Part shown: one piece after another, positions 29,668 to 39,511 of the stretch
Position numbering within the stretch: the stretch's first letter is position 1
Layout of the letters: the number at the start of each line of letters is the position of its first letter
Sequence record: SRR22947727_980
Length of the DNA stretch: 64,000 nt
Reading direction: 5' to 3' (one strand)
Notes under the pieces: model-generated
Database searches by the model: none
Told to the model about the DNA's origin: nothing
What the model saw: the letters and a program-made list of their open reading frames with translations, nothing else
Program-made: the position numbers and the translations under genes

Positions 29668-30587
29668 CTTATAAAATTCAATGGCTTGGTTGACGATATA
29701 ACAAAATTATTTGATAAACTAAGAAATTCGCCGTCAAGCATACATGGTCCGGTATAGTGAAATTTAATTTTTGTTGCATTCCAGCTAAATAATCCATCCT
29801 GTTTTCGTGATTTATTTTTATTTCCTAGCCATAAGCTTATTACATTTTTTATTAATTTTTTATGATTACTGGAAGCATAAGTTAAGCGTAACGGAAATTC
29901 TTGTTTTCCCCAGAATGGATCAAGTTTAAGAATTAAACTCGGTAATGTTGTAACTATAGAACCAAAATGCAAGTCATCAATTTTATGGTTTTTAGTCGTT
30001 CTAATATCAACTTTTATTTTAGTCGGCTGTGTAATTTTATTGTTCTTTTTAAACCCTTTTAACATCCCGCCCACTACGGCAAATGAGCCCCCGATTCCTC
30101 GTTGGTGGAATCTATTCTTTGTATAGTTAGTTAGCTGTGGAAGTGCCCCGCTAGAAAATAAGAATCCAAAATAGCTATTTTTATTATTATCGGTAATTGA
30201 TAATATAGGGGTATTAATGACTTTATTGACTTTAAAAGATTTTTTTAAAGCTTTTATTGAAGCCGATTTTATACCAATATTTTTTGAGATTTGGTTTGTA
30301 TTCCCGCCTGGTATTAATATAAAAAATGGAAGGTTTGAGTTTGTTGATTGTTTTAGAAATGCTGTTATGACTCCATGAGTAGTTCCATCACCTCCTTCTA
30401 TACATACGTACGACACCTTATTTTCCAATGCTTTACTGACAACTATCTGTACGTCGGAAAATTTCTCTAAACTATGAAGTTGAGCATTGAACCTACGATA
30501 ATGTTTTTTAAGTAATGAGCCTTTTTTCAAAACTCTTGCGCTATTGGGATTATAAATAAACCATATTTTTGAGTTATTAAATTGCAT
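29664..30587 (-). CDS. Diacylglycerol/sphingosine kinase family protein, CpgB-like ceramide kinase
   Basis: IYNPNS, EGGDGT, IPGGNTN, LDGE motifs of the DAGK-cat family; context with the bCerS-like gene. Confidence 0.8.
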   Translation of the reverse strand: MQFNNSKIWFIYNPNSARVLKKGSLLKKHYRRFNAQLHSLEKFSDVQIVVSKALENKVSYVCIEGGDGTTHGVITAFLKQSTNSNLPFFILIPGGNTNQISKNIGIKSASIKALKKSFKVNKVINTPILSITDNNKNSYFGFLFSSGALPQLTNYTKNRFHQRGIGGSFAVVGGMLKGFKKNNKITQPTKIKVDIRTTKNHKIDDLHFGSIVTTLPSLILKLDPFWGKQEFPLRLTYASSNHKKLIKNVISLWLGNKNKSRKQDGLFSWNATKIKFHYTGPCMLDGEFLSLSNNFVISSTKPLNFIR

Positions 30588-31673
30588 TTATTTGAGGCTT
30601 TCTGTTTTTAGACAGAGCCATGTTCCTAAAATTCCAAATAAAGCTATGGGTAAGCTTATGGCAGTTGTTACGGCCATTCCGCCAGATGCTGCAAATGTTG
30701 CCATAGCGCCATCAATTATTAAAAAGAGGAATCCTCCTCCTAGTCCAATTATTAAAGTTTTATCGCCTGTATCTTGTCTTCCTGTGCTTTGCATTAGAGG
30801 TACTGCAACAAGTAGTAAAATCCATGCTGCCAAAGGCCTTGTTAATCTGTGTGCATGCCAAAATGTATATGCAAACCTAGGTTTGGATCCAGAGTTTCCC
30901 TCTTTGCTAAAATTACGCATTTCTGATATTGATAAATCTCTAGGTTCAGCAGCTAATCGAGCTATTGACTTAGGATTTTGTCTTGTAACCCAAAGTCTTG
31001 GGTTTATATCTTGCTCTGCTTTTCGTGGCTCACCATTTGCTTCTTTGGTAATTAGAACTTCTATTCCTTCTAGAGTCCAATTTTCAACTTCATATGTTGC
31101 TTTTTGAGCCCACACAATTTCATCTACTGAACCAGATTCTGACCTTTTATAAAACTCAATATCACCAAGGGTGTTGTAATCTAAGCGCCTATTAGCTTTT
31201 ATAATCCTTCCATTATCCTCCAGCCAAAGAGGGTTTTGAGGAGTTATATTTTTTATTTTATATTCTCCAATTCCCCATGCTTGAAGAGAACGGACTGCTG
31301 GCGCTATGCTAATATCAATTATTGCAACAGAAGAAAAAGCAGTAAATAGCACTATCGGAGTCATAAGTAATAGTTGTCGCGTAACTGATATCCCAAAACC
31401 CAATAATGCTACCAACTCATGCTGTCTAATGAGTTTAACATAAGTGAGCAACACACTTACCACTATTGTGAAAACAAATATTCTGTCAAAAATAACAGGC
31501 GCTCTTAATCCCATATACTTGAAAGTATCTATAAATCCACCCCCATCAGCAAGAATATCACTGCCGTTTGCGAGACTATCTAGAAGTCCAATTAATACTA
31601 AAAAGCCAAATACTGTTGTAAGCCAGATAGTATAAAAGGTTTTTGATAAGTAAGAGAGAAGTTTAATCATCAA
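30588..31673 (-). CDS. LptG-like permease (second LptF/G pair)
   Basis: YjgP/YjgQ topology (3 TM, periplasmic domain, 3 TM); HELVALLGFGIS motif. Confidence 0.85.
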   Translation of the reverse strand: MMIKLLSYLSKTFYTIWLTTVFGFLVLIGLLDSLANGSDILADGGGFIDTFKYMGLRAPVIFDRIFVFTIVVSVLLTYVKLIRQHELVALLGFGISVTRQLLLMTPIVLFTAFSSVAIIDISIAPAVRSLQAWGIGEYKIKNITPQNPLWLEDNGRIIKANRRLDYNTLGDIEFYKRSESGSVDEIVWAQKATYEVENWTLEGIEVLITKEANGEPRKAEQDINPRLWVTRQNPKSIARLAAEPRDLSISEMRNFSKEGNSGSKPRFAYTFWHAHRLTRPLAAWILLLVAVPLMQSTGRQDTGDKTLIIGLGGGFLFLIIDGAMATFAASGGMAVTTAISLPIALFGILGTWLCLKTESLK

Positions 31674-32878
31674 TTCAGCTTTTCTTTTGACGAGAAAATA
31701 TTATTAGCTTTATTTCTAACTTCTTCTTTTATGTAAGTGATGTAATGTGAGACTGCAGTAAGGGGAGGTTGACCCATTTTGAATGCACTCTTTCTAAAAA
31801 GCCAAAAAGCAAATAATGCTACCATTATTATTGTAGGCCATATTCCAGTCCAAGGTGGAATTTTTCCAGCCGCTCCTAGGCTTTGGCCAAATTCAAGAGT
31901 TTTTTGTAGTGAAATTAAAAATACTACACCTATGGCAATTCCTGCTGAAGAAGGATTTCGTCCATAGTTTAAACCAAATGGAACTGCAATAAAAGGTAGT
32001 ATCAACAACAAAACAGATTTGGATAACCTGAGGTGCAAGGCTGCATTATTTACGTTTTGCGATACTTTGAACTTTGTGTATTCACCTTTTCTATTTCCTA
32101 AAAGTTCTAGTGAGGTCATCTCTCTCTCGTCATCACCACGTAGCCTAAAGTTTATTTCACTAGCTACTCCAGCTATGGAACTACTTTCAAAACTAAGGTC
32201 TCCATCTAACTGTTTTTCTTTCATAACTTGATAAATTTGCCCTTTTGACAGCTGCAATACGGGCTCTTGTGTTTTTTCTCTAACAATTAGTTTGCCCTGT
32301 TTTGCTGTGGTTAATCTTATTCCGTTTTGTTGAATGTTATTCATATTTTTTTCATAAATGAATATTGGGCCAATAGCAGCACCTGGTAAATCAGTACCAG
32401 CAAAAAAAGTACGATTACCAACAGTAGTAAATGTGCCCTCTCTAAGCGCTGCTGTGAATGATTGTTGTTTTACAGAGTGTTCTACTTGTCGATAATTATA
32501 TCTTCCAACTGGCTGCATGTAGCCTTCAATAAATAATGTCGTAACTGCTAAAAAAATACCTAATATTAAAAAAGGCTTAGTCATCTGAAATAATGAAACC
32601 CCAGCACCAAGAGCTGCTGTAAGTTCACTAGACTTGCTAAACCGATCCACAGTTATAATAACTCCCAGAAGAAGTGCCATAGGTACGGCTATTCCTAAGT
32701 AATAGGGTAATAAATTAATAATCATTTGTGAGGTGTCACTGGCTGGGTTGGATGAATTGGCAACTACCTGAAATATTCGCAATAGGCGTTCCATCAAAAG
32801 AACACAGCAAGCAAATATAATAAGACCCCCGATTGTGACTGAGGCCTTTTTCATAAGATATCTATTAAGTTTTCCCAT
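31670..32878 (-). CDS. LptF-like permease (second LptF/G pair)
   Basis: LNRYL N-terminus, LPYYLGIAVPMALL, SSELTAALGAGVSL, ALREGTFT. Confidence 0.87.
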   Translation of the reverse strand: MGKLNRYLMKKASVTIGGLIIFACCVLLMERLLRIFQVVANSSNPASDTSQMIINLLPYYLGIAVPMALLLGVIITVDRFSKSSELTAALGAGVSLFQMTKPFLILGIFLAVTTLFIEGYMQPVGRYNYRQVEHSVKQQSFTAALREGTFTTVGNRTFFAGTDLPGAAIGPIFIYEKNMNNIQQNGIRLTTAKQGKLIVREKTQEPVLQLSKGQIYQVMKEKQLDGDLSFESSSIAGVASEINFRLRGDDEREMTSLELLGNRKGEYTKFKVSQNVNNAALHLRLSKSVLLLILPFIAVPFGLNYGRNPSSAGIAIGVVFLISLQKTLEFGQSLGAAGKIPPWTGIWPTIIMVALFAFWLFRKSAFKMGQPPLTAVSHYITYIKEEVRNKANNIFSSKEKLN

Positions 32879-32980
32879 AAATTATTTAACTACTAAAAAT
32901 CCTTTACTTCATATGGCTATAAATCATATAATTTAAATAAACGGTCAATTCATTATTGGTCGCATTATAGAGGCTTAATC

Positions 32981-33550
32981 GTGAAAGCAAACTTCATTAA
33001 CAATTTTTTTCTTACTATTATGGTTATTTTATATTTTTTAGTTTTTTCTTTTAATACTTTTGCTGGAGATACGCCATATTTAAAAGATTCAGAAGTAGGT
33101 CCTCTTGGTAAAATATCTGCAATAGGTTTAGCTAATAGTTTAGAGCTTTATGAATTTGATGAAGCGGACTCTTGTGTAGATGAGTCAACCCAAATCAGGG
33201 CTTTAATTAATAATTTATCAAAAACTGGAATAGTGAAAGTGGAGCTCTTTGGAAAAAAGAATTTTATGAAAAAGTCTGGAAAATTGAGAAGAATACGTGT
33301 TCCTGCCGATAATGAAAGTATTAGTTTGTGCATAAATGTTCCAGCGCCTGGTGAATATGCGTTGGTAAGTTATCATGATAAGGATGGAAATAGAAAATTA
33401 AAAAAAGCTTGGAACCTAAAACCAAAAGAACCTTATGGGGTATCAAATAACCCAGTAATAGAAAGCTTGCGGCTTCCTAGGTGGACTGAAGCTAGTTTCT
33501 ATGTTCCTCAAGAAGGCATTGAGGTTGTAATAAATTTAGTAAAACCGTAA
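32981..33550 (+). CDS. DUF2141 domain protein with signal peptide
   Basis: PGEYALVSYHDKDGN.KL.....KPKEPYGVSNNP. Confidence 0.8.
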   Translation: MKANFINNFFLTIMVILYFLVFSFNTFAGDTPYLKDSEVGPLGKISAIGLANSLELYEFDEADSCVDESTQIRALINNLSKTGIVKVELFGKKNFMKKSGKLRRIRVPADNESISLCINVPAPGEYALVSYHDKDGNRKLKKAWNLKPKEPYGVSNNPVIESLRLPRWTEASFYVPQEGIEVVINLVKP

Positions 33551-33606
33551 TTGCTTGAGTTATATTATTAGTTTAACAATTGTATTTTTATCTTCATGGA
33601 GCCTAT

Positions 33607-34758
33607 GTGCCATATTCCTCTTTAAAAATAGAAATTGTGAGCAGTAAAGAGCAGATTAATAGATTTCTAGCCTTACCTAACAAAATTTATAAAGATGATA
33701 GTTGTTGGAGGCCTCAACTAAAATTTGAACGCAAAGCTCAAATAAACCCAATTATCAATCCTAGTGCCCCAAGTTTTGATAATAGAGTGCTTTTTATAGC
33801 GACTAATAATGGTGAAGATGTAGGTCGCATCGCAGCTTTTATCAATACTGACCATAATAAACATTATAGTCAAAACGATGGTTTTTTTGGTTTTTTTGAT
33901 TGTATTTCAGATAATTATTTAGGAAACAGCTTGTTAAAAAACGCTGAGGATTGGTTGAAGGGCAGAGGAGTAGAGCGAATAATAGGTCCTGCAAACTGGA
34001 GTGTAAATGAAGAGTGTGGCCTGCTAATTTCTGGATTTGATACCCCACCTGTTGTCATGATGTTACATGGCAAGGAAGAATATAAGGGAATGATTGAAGG
34101 TTTTGGCTATGTAAAAGCAGTAGATATGTTTGCTTATCAAGCTGAATTATCGGCTGGCTACCCGAGGCCAAAAATAACTCAAATGATGGTTAAGTCAGCG
34201 GATCGCAACAGTGAAATTAAAGTTCGACCTATGCGTTCAGGTAAATTTAAAAATGACTTAAATATAGTAATGGATATTTTTAATGACGCATGGTCAGAAA
34301 ATTGGGGTTTTGTTCCATTCGATGATATAAAAATAGAACATATAGCTAATGAAATTAAGCCCATTATGTTTAAAGAGGGTTTGTGGGTAGGCGAGTATCA
34401 AGGGAAACCAATAGCTTTCATTTGGATGATACCAGATCTGAACGAAGCTATAAAAGATTTAAAAGGGTCAATTTTACCATTTGGTTGGATTAAATTATTA
34501 TGGAGACTAAAGGTAAAAGGTGTTAAACAAGCTAGAATACCTTTAATGGGATTACGCAAAGAATTTCATAACACTAGATTAGGTTTATCATTAGTTGCCA
34601 AACTTTGCGAGACTGTTTTTAACGAAGGCAGAAAAAAAGGTTTTAGTCATTGTGAATTAAGCTGGATTTTGGAAAATAATTCGGGACTAATATCAATTTG
34701 CGAACAAGCAAGTGCCGTTCCTTACAAAAAATACAGAATGTACCAAAAGAAATTATAA
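33607..34758 (+). CDS. Two-domain GNAT protein resembling bacterial ceramide synthase bCerS
   Basis: FLALP..IYKDD..WRP, GRIAAFIN, GFFGFFD, GP.NWSVNEECGLLISGF, FNDAWSENWGFVP, IPDLNE, LSWILENN; GTG at 33607 follows GGAG (ORF track start 33580). Confidence 0.75.
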   Translation: MPYSSLKIEIVSSKEQINRFLALPNKIYKDDSCWRPQLKFERKAQINPIINPSAPSFDNRVLFIATNNGEDVGRIAAFINTDHNKHYSQNDGFFGFFDCISDNYLGNSLLKNAEDWLKGRGVERIIGPANWSVNEECGLLISGFDTPPVVMMLHGKEEYKGMIEGFGYVKAVDMFAYQAELSAGYPRPKITQMMVKSADRNSEIKVRPMRSGKFKNDLNIVMDIFNDAWSENWGFVPFDDIKIEHIANEIKPIMFKEGLWVGEYQGKPIAFIWMIPDLNEAIKDLKGSILPFGWIKLLWRLKVKGVKQARIPLMGLRKEFHNTRLGLSLVAKLCETVFNEGRKKGFSHCELSWILENNSGLISICEQASAVPYKKYRMYQKKL

Positions 34759-35513
34759 TGGTTAATGTAATTATTTTAGCCGGACAAAGAAAAGGGGTGA
34801 TAGACTCACTTTGTTTGAACGCGGATGTTAGTCATAAAGCTTTAGTGCCTATCAATGGTATACCTATGATAGATTTTGTAATTAAAACCCTTTTAAAATC
34901 AAATTTAAATAAACCATTTGGTATTTCAGGATTTTATGCGGATCACCATAAGTGTTTAGAGCAATTACCTAATGAAACTGGGCCGGCGGGAAGTGCGTTA
35001 ACTGCGTTAACTAAAAGAAATAAATTTCCAAGCCTTTTAACTACTTGTGATCATCCACTTTTATCTACAGAGATGTTAAAAATTTTCATTGAAAAGTCTC
35101 AGCAAAATGGAGCTGATTTTTCTATGGCATTTGCAGAAAAATCTGTAATACAAAACTCTTACCCAGGGGTAAAAAGAACCTATTGGAATTTTTTAGATAT
35201 ATCTGTTTCTGGTTGCAATCTATTTTATATTGCTAACCCAAGAGGCTTGGCAATTTTCCAGTATTGGAAAAAAGTACAACACCTCAGGAAAAACCCTATT
35301 AAATTAGCGAAAAACATTTCATGGTTTTTATTAGTGAAATACTTGTTAGGTAGATTAAAATTAAATGAGGCTTTTAACCATGTTTCTCTTAAGCTGAATT
35401 TATCGGCTAAAGCAGTTATTATACCAATAGCTGAGGCTGCTATTGATGTCGATAAGCCATCTGATAGAGATCTAGTAGAAAAAATACTTAAGGGACCAAA
35501 ATATGCGTCCTAA
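34758..35513 (+). CDS. MobA-like NTP transferase (NTP_transf_3)
   Basis: VIILAGQR, HKALVPINGIPMI, LLTTCDHPLL, AAIDVDKPSD; ATG overlaps the upstream TAA. Confidence 0.85.
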   Translation: MVNVIILAGQRKGVIDSLCLNADVSHKALVPINGIPMIDFVIKTLLKSNLNKPFGISGFYADHHKCLEQLPNETGPAGSALTALTKRNKFPSLLTTCDHPLLSTEMLKIFIEKSQQNGADFSMAFAEKSVIQNSYPGVKRTYWNFLDISVSGCNLFYIANPRGLAIFQYWKKVQHLRKNPIKLAKNISWFLLVKYLLGRLKLNEAFNHVSLKLNLSAKAVIIPIAEAAIDVDKPSDRDLVEKILKGPKYAS

Positions 35514-37989
35514 TTTGAATGTTCAGTCAAAATATACTGTGGGAAAGCGTATAGCGGCAAATACAGGTTTGATGGTAGCATCAAAGTCGACAGCTGTATT
35601 TCTAGGTTTAGGTAGTATATTATTAGCTACAAAAAGTTTAAGTGCCTCTGAATTGGGTATCATACTTTTTTTACACGCTTATATGCTTTTCTTTTCTGAA
35701 GTGACAGCCTTTCAGTCATGGCAGTCGCTTATTAGGTACGGAACCGAAGATATTAAAAATAATGATGCTAATAGAATATCTTCATTATTAAAGTTTGGAA
35801 TAAAAATTGATGCTATTTCTGCTGTTTTTGGTTTTCTGATATCCATAAGCATTTTTTTTGGTGTTATTTATTTATCAAGCTTTATGCCAGGATTAATTAA
35901 CACAGACTTACCTTTTGTGGTGGATAATCTGAAAAATTTTGCAGTTTTTTACTGTTCTTTGATTTTATTAAGGCAAAGGGGGGTTGGTGTTGGTGTATTT
36001 CGTTTATTTGATAAGTTTCACATCTTGGCAATTCATGGCCTAGTAATGCCAATCACTAGATTTATTGGAGTTATAATAGCGGTACATTATGATGCCGGTT
36101 TTATTGGATTCTTGATAGCTTGGTATATAGGCTCAATGGCTGCCTATTTCTTTCTTCCTATGATGGCCATATTGGAATTGAAATCCCGTGGTTTGTTAAT
36201 GTTAGTGGTACGTTCAAAGTCGCCTTTGTTTAAAGCTAGAAGTGGTTTGTGGAAATTTATGATTAAGTCCAATATAGATTCTACCCTCTCAGCTTCAACA
36301 ACACATTTACCAGCACTAATGGTGATGGGTATGTTTGGCTCTACATGGGTGGCTATTTATAGAATTGCTGAAGAAGCTGCCAAATTATTATCCGAAGGTT
36401 TTAAGCTCCTTGACCAGGTTATTTATCCCGAGCTTGCTAAAATGATAAGCCTTGGAGAAGCAGAAAAAATATGGGGGTTAGTTAAAAAGACAGCGATATC
36501 GTTATTAAGTTTTGGTCTTGTGACCGCATTTGTAGTAAAAGTAGGAGGGCCTGATTTATTAAGTATTGTTTTCTCTGTTGACTATGCAATGGCTGCACCA
36601 CTTGCTTCACTTTTAATTCTTGCTGCTGCCATAACAGGTATAGCGGCTCCATTATACCCAGTGTTATATGCAACGGATAAACCTGAAAGGGCTATATACG
36701 CTCGTGGAACCGGAGTTATAGTCTATATAACAGCTTTTATACTTTTGAGTTTTTCAATTGGAAAGATGGCTCCTGGTTGGGCGTCAATTCTTAGTAATAT
36801 TACATCCGTGGGATTTTTGGTTTATTTAACTCAAGGTACGTTAAAAAGTGTTGTAGAAAACAAGCAGTCAAAATCTAATGATTGCGTTAATAAACAGGTA
36901 AATTTTATTGGAGGCTCTAAGGTAAAGTTGTGGGGGATGCCTTTATTGAAATGGCAGCAGCGTGCAATGGACAAGGCTATTTCAGATAATAACCCAGGGG
37001 TTATTTATTTGCAGTTAAATTGGATATTATCATCCAGTCTCGCAAAGGCTTTTGCTGCTGACAATAAAATGGCGTTAATTTCTGGAAATAAAATCATTGG
37101 TACTAATGGGATAGATAGAGAGTCAGCAGTTGAAATAATTGGAAAGAGTTCAGATATTTTAATAGGAACAGACATCGACGGATATAGGCCAGAAGATTTG
37201 GATGATGGCTATAATAAGGCACTTAGAAAAACAGAACATCCCTATGCCCTTGATATCAATAAGACATCACCATCTGAAATCATGCGTCGACAATTTTCTA
37301 GCTCGTATAAAGGTGTTACTGATTTTGTGACTAAGTGGTTTTGGCCTATTCCTGCTTTTTATGTCACGCGTTTATTTGCCACTTTAAGGTTCTCACCAAA
37401 TATGGTTACCACCATAGGGCTTCTATTAATGTTTGCTGCTTTGTATTATTTTTGGCTTGGTGAGTGGATGTTAGGTTTTCTGACTGGTTGGCTCATGACA
37501 TTTTTAGATACTGTTGATGGCAAGTTAGCCCGCACAACTATGACATATTCATGGTGGGGTAATATTTATGACCATGGTATAGATTTAATTCATCCACCGT
37601 TCTGGTATTGGGCATGGTTTGTTGGTTTAGGTGGAGTATTTACATGGCAAAATTTACAATCCGATTATATGAGTTTAACTTTAGTGGCTATTTTAGTTGG
37701 ATACGTCATCGATAGAATTATTGAAGGTATTTTTATAGCTAAGCATGGATTTCACATTCATGTGTGGAAACCTATCAATTCTTTTATGAGGTATATTACT
37801 GCGCGTAGAAATCCAAATATGTTTATATTCATGATAGGTATATGTTTTTTACCATTGTTTCCTTATGCAGGTAGATGGGGTTTCTATGCTGTTGGAATTT
37901 GGACTTGGTTATGTATATTATTTAATTTTATTGTTTTATTCTATAGTATGTTTTTGCCAAAGCCAGCACAAAGCTGGATGAGTAAATAA
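35503..37989 (+). CDS. Fusion of a Wzx/MOP-type flippase to a CDP-alcohol phosphotransferase (CpgA-like)
   Basis: aa ~1-445 is a polytopic Polysacc_synt-like domain (LGIILFLHAY..FQSWQSLIRYG, YRIAEE, QVIYPELA); C-terminus has SPNMVT and DTVDGKLAR-x8-GNIYDHGID, the CDP-AP signature; a single uninterrupted ORF. Confidence 0.8.
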   Translation: MRPNLNVQSKYTVGKRIAANTGLMVASKSTAVFLGLGSILLATKSLSASELGIILFLHAYMLFFSEVTAFQSWQSLIRYGTEDIKNNDANRISSLLKFGIKIDAISAVFGFLISISIFFGVIYLSSFMPGLINTDLPFVVDNLKNFAVFYCSLILLRQRGVGVGVFRLFDKFHILAIHGLVMPITRFIGVIIAVHYDAGFIGFLIAWYIGSMAAYFFLPMMAILELKSRGLLMLVVRSKSPLFKARSGLWKFMIKSNIDSTLSASTTHLPALMVMGMFGSTWVAIYRIAEEAAKLLSEGFKLLDQVIYPELAKMISLGEAEKIWGLVKKTAISLLSFGLVTAFVVKVGGPDLLSIVFSVDYAMAAPLASLLILAAAITGIAAPLYPVLYATDKPERAIYARGTGVIVYITAFILLSFSIGKMAPGWASILSNITSVGFLVYLTQGTLKSVVENKQSKSNDCVNKQVNFIGGSKVKLWGMPLLKWQQRAMDKAISDNNPGVIYLQLNWILSSSLAKAFAADNKMALISGNKIIGTNGIDRESAVEIIGKSSDILIGTDIDGYRPEDLDDGYNKALRKTEHPYALDINKTSPSEIMRRQFSSSYKGVTDFVTKWFWPIPAFYVTRLFATLRFSPNMVTTIGLLLMFAALYYFWLGEWMLGFLTGWLMTFLDTVDGKLARTTMTYSWWGNIYDHGIDLIHPPFWYWAWFVGLGGVFTWQNLQSDYMSLTLVAILVGYVIDRIIEGIFIAKHGFHIHVWKPINSFMRYITARRNPNMFIFMIGICFLPLFPYAGRWGFYAVGIWTWLCILFNFIVLFYSMFLPKPAQSWMSK

Positions 37990-38657
37990 TGAAGAATATA
38001 GTAATATTTGATCTTGATTACACGCTGACTAAAAAAGGTACATGGGGGAGATTTGTTTTTCATACTGTTAAATATAAACCATGGATATGGTTACCTTTAA
38101 TTTTATCAGCTGCTTTTGCGCAGTGGCGCTATAAAGCTGGCTATACGCCAAGAATATCCGTTAAGCAAAGTATGATGAAATGGAGTATGGTTGGGTGTTC
38201 AAAGATTAAAATGAAAAAATTAGCCATTGAATTTGCTAGGAATGAAGTTCTCCAAGGTTTACGACCAGGGGCTATTGAGATGCTAAATTGTCATAAAGCA
38301 TTAGGGGACACAATAATTATAGCCAGTGCCGCTGTTGATTTACTAGTTAAGCCTATAGCTGAGTTATTAAAAATTGATTATTGGGTTGCGACTAATATGA
38401 GTTGGACAAATGGTGTTTTAAGAAAAGAATTTGCATCTAAGAATTGTTATGGACCTGAAAAACTACAAAGAGTAAAATTGTTGCTTCAGGATACCTTAAT
38501 GTTTAATAGGAGTGAAATTTTAATTAAAATGTATACTGATAGTATCTCAGATATTGATATATTGAGGTTTAGTGACTTTGGTGTTGCAGTAAACCCAGAT
38601 AGAAAACTTGCTAAAGCTGCTATTGACGAAAACTTTGAAATAGTTAATTGGAACTGA
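37989..38657 (+). CDS. HAD-IB (SerB-like) phosphatase
   Basis: FDLDYTL motif I, IASA motif II, NCYGPEK, YTDSISD..VNPD. Confidence 0.87.
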   Translation: MKNIVIFDLDYTLTKKGTWGRFVFHTVKYKPWIWLPLILSAAFAQWRYKAGYTPRISVKQSMMKWSMVGCSKIKMKKLAIEFARNEVLQGLRPGAIEMLNCHKALGDTIIIASAAVDLLVKPIAELLKIDYWVATNMSWTNGVLRKEFASKNCYGPEKLQRVKLLLQDTLMFNRSEILIKMYTDSISDIDILRFSDFGVAVNPDRKLAKAAIDENFEIVNWN

Positions 38658-38681
38658 AGTCAAATAAATGGGTTTAATTAC

Positions 38682-39440
38682 ATGCATGCTATAATACTTT
38701 CTGCAGGGCGCGGTTCAAGGTTGTTACCTTTAACAACTGATTTACCAAAATGTTTGCTTCCAGTTGGGTTGTCATCTGTTCTTGCTCTACAAATTGATAC
38801 TTTGTTAAAACAAGGGATAGAAAAAATAACGATTGTTACAGGATTTAACTCTCATCTTGTGGAGGCGGAAGTATCGTCAGGTAAATTTGGTAAAGATGTG
38901 AACATTCTTTACAATCCTTTCTATCAAGTGGCAGATAACCTAGCATCTTGTTGGATGGCACGACAAGAAATGAATAATGACTTCTTACTTATTAATGGTG
39001 ACACACTATTTAGCCCAGAATTATTGATTAAAGTATTAGCAGCTCCAGCTAGAGATATATCAGTAACGATTGATCAAAAAGAGCACTATGATGGTGATGA
39101 CATGAAGGTGTCATTGAATGGTTCGCAACTTACTGCGATAGGTAAAACATTGCTTCCACAAAAAACTCAAGGGGAATCCATAGGTATGTTACGTTTTATG
39201 GATAAAGGTCCAGATATATTTAAGAACGAGTTAGAGCGTTTGATGAGAATGGAAGAAGGTACTAAAAGTTGGTTTTTATCGGCTATAAACGGCTTAGCGC
39301 AATCAGAGCAAACAATTGATACTACCAACATTAAGGGAGAAACTTGGTCTGAACTTGATACGCCTGAAGATTATGAAATTTGTTTGGATCTATTTGGCGG
39401 CAGTGCGATGGCAAGAAAGAGACTAGCAGCTATAAAGTAG
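38682..39440 (+). CDS. Phosphocholine-cytidylyltransferase-family nucleotidyltransferase, CpgD-like
   Basis: AIILSAGRGSRLLPLT..PKCLL, NPFYQVADNLASCW, NGDTLF, DDMKV, W.ELDTPED. Confidence 0.8.
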   Translation: MHAIILSAGRGSRLLPLTTDLPKCLLPVGLSSVLALQIDTLLKQGIEKITIVTGFNSHLVEAEVSSGKFGKDVNILYNPFYQVADNLASCWMARQEMNNDFLLINGDTLFSPELLIKVLAAPARDISVTIDQKEHYDGDDMKVSLNGSQLTAIGKTLLPQKTQGESIGMLRFMDKGPDIFKNELERLMRMEEGTKSWFLSAINGLAQSEQTIDTTNIKGETWSELDTPEDYEICLDLFGGSAMARKRLAAIK

Positions 39441-39511
39441 TTATTAAAAATAATTACTAAGATTAATATTTCCTGTGTGAAATAATTAAATTAAGTTAGA
39501 CATTATTAATT

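Noticed and set aside
35503-39440. Reading the flippase / nucleotidyltransferase genes as an O-antigen, capsule or lic phosphocholine locus
   Set aside because: No glycosyltransferases, sugar epimerases, polymerase, choline kinase or choline transporter are present; the bCerS-like GNAT, lipid kinase and LptFG context fits a sphingolipid locus better.
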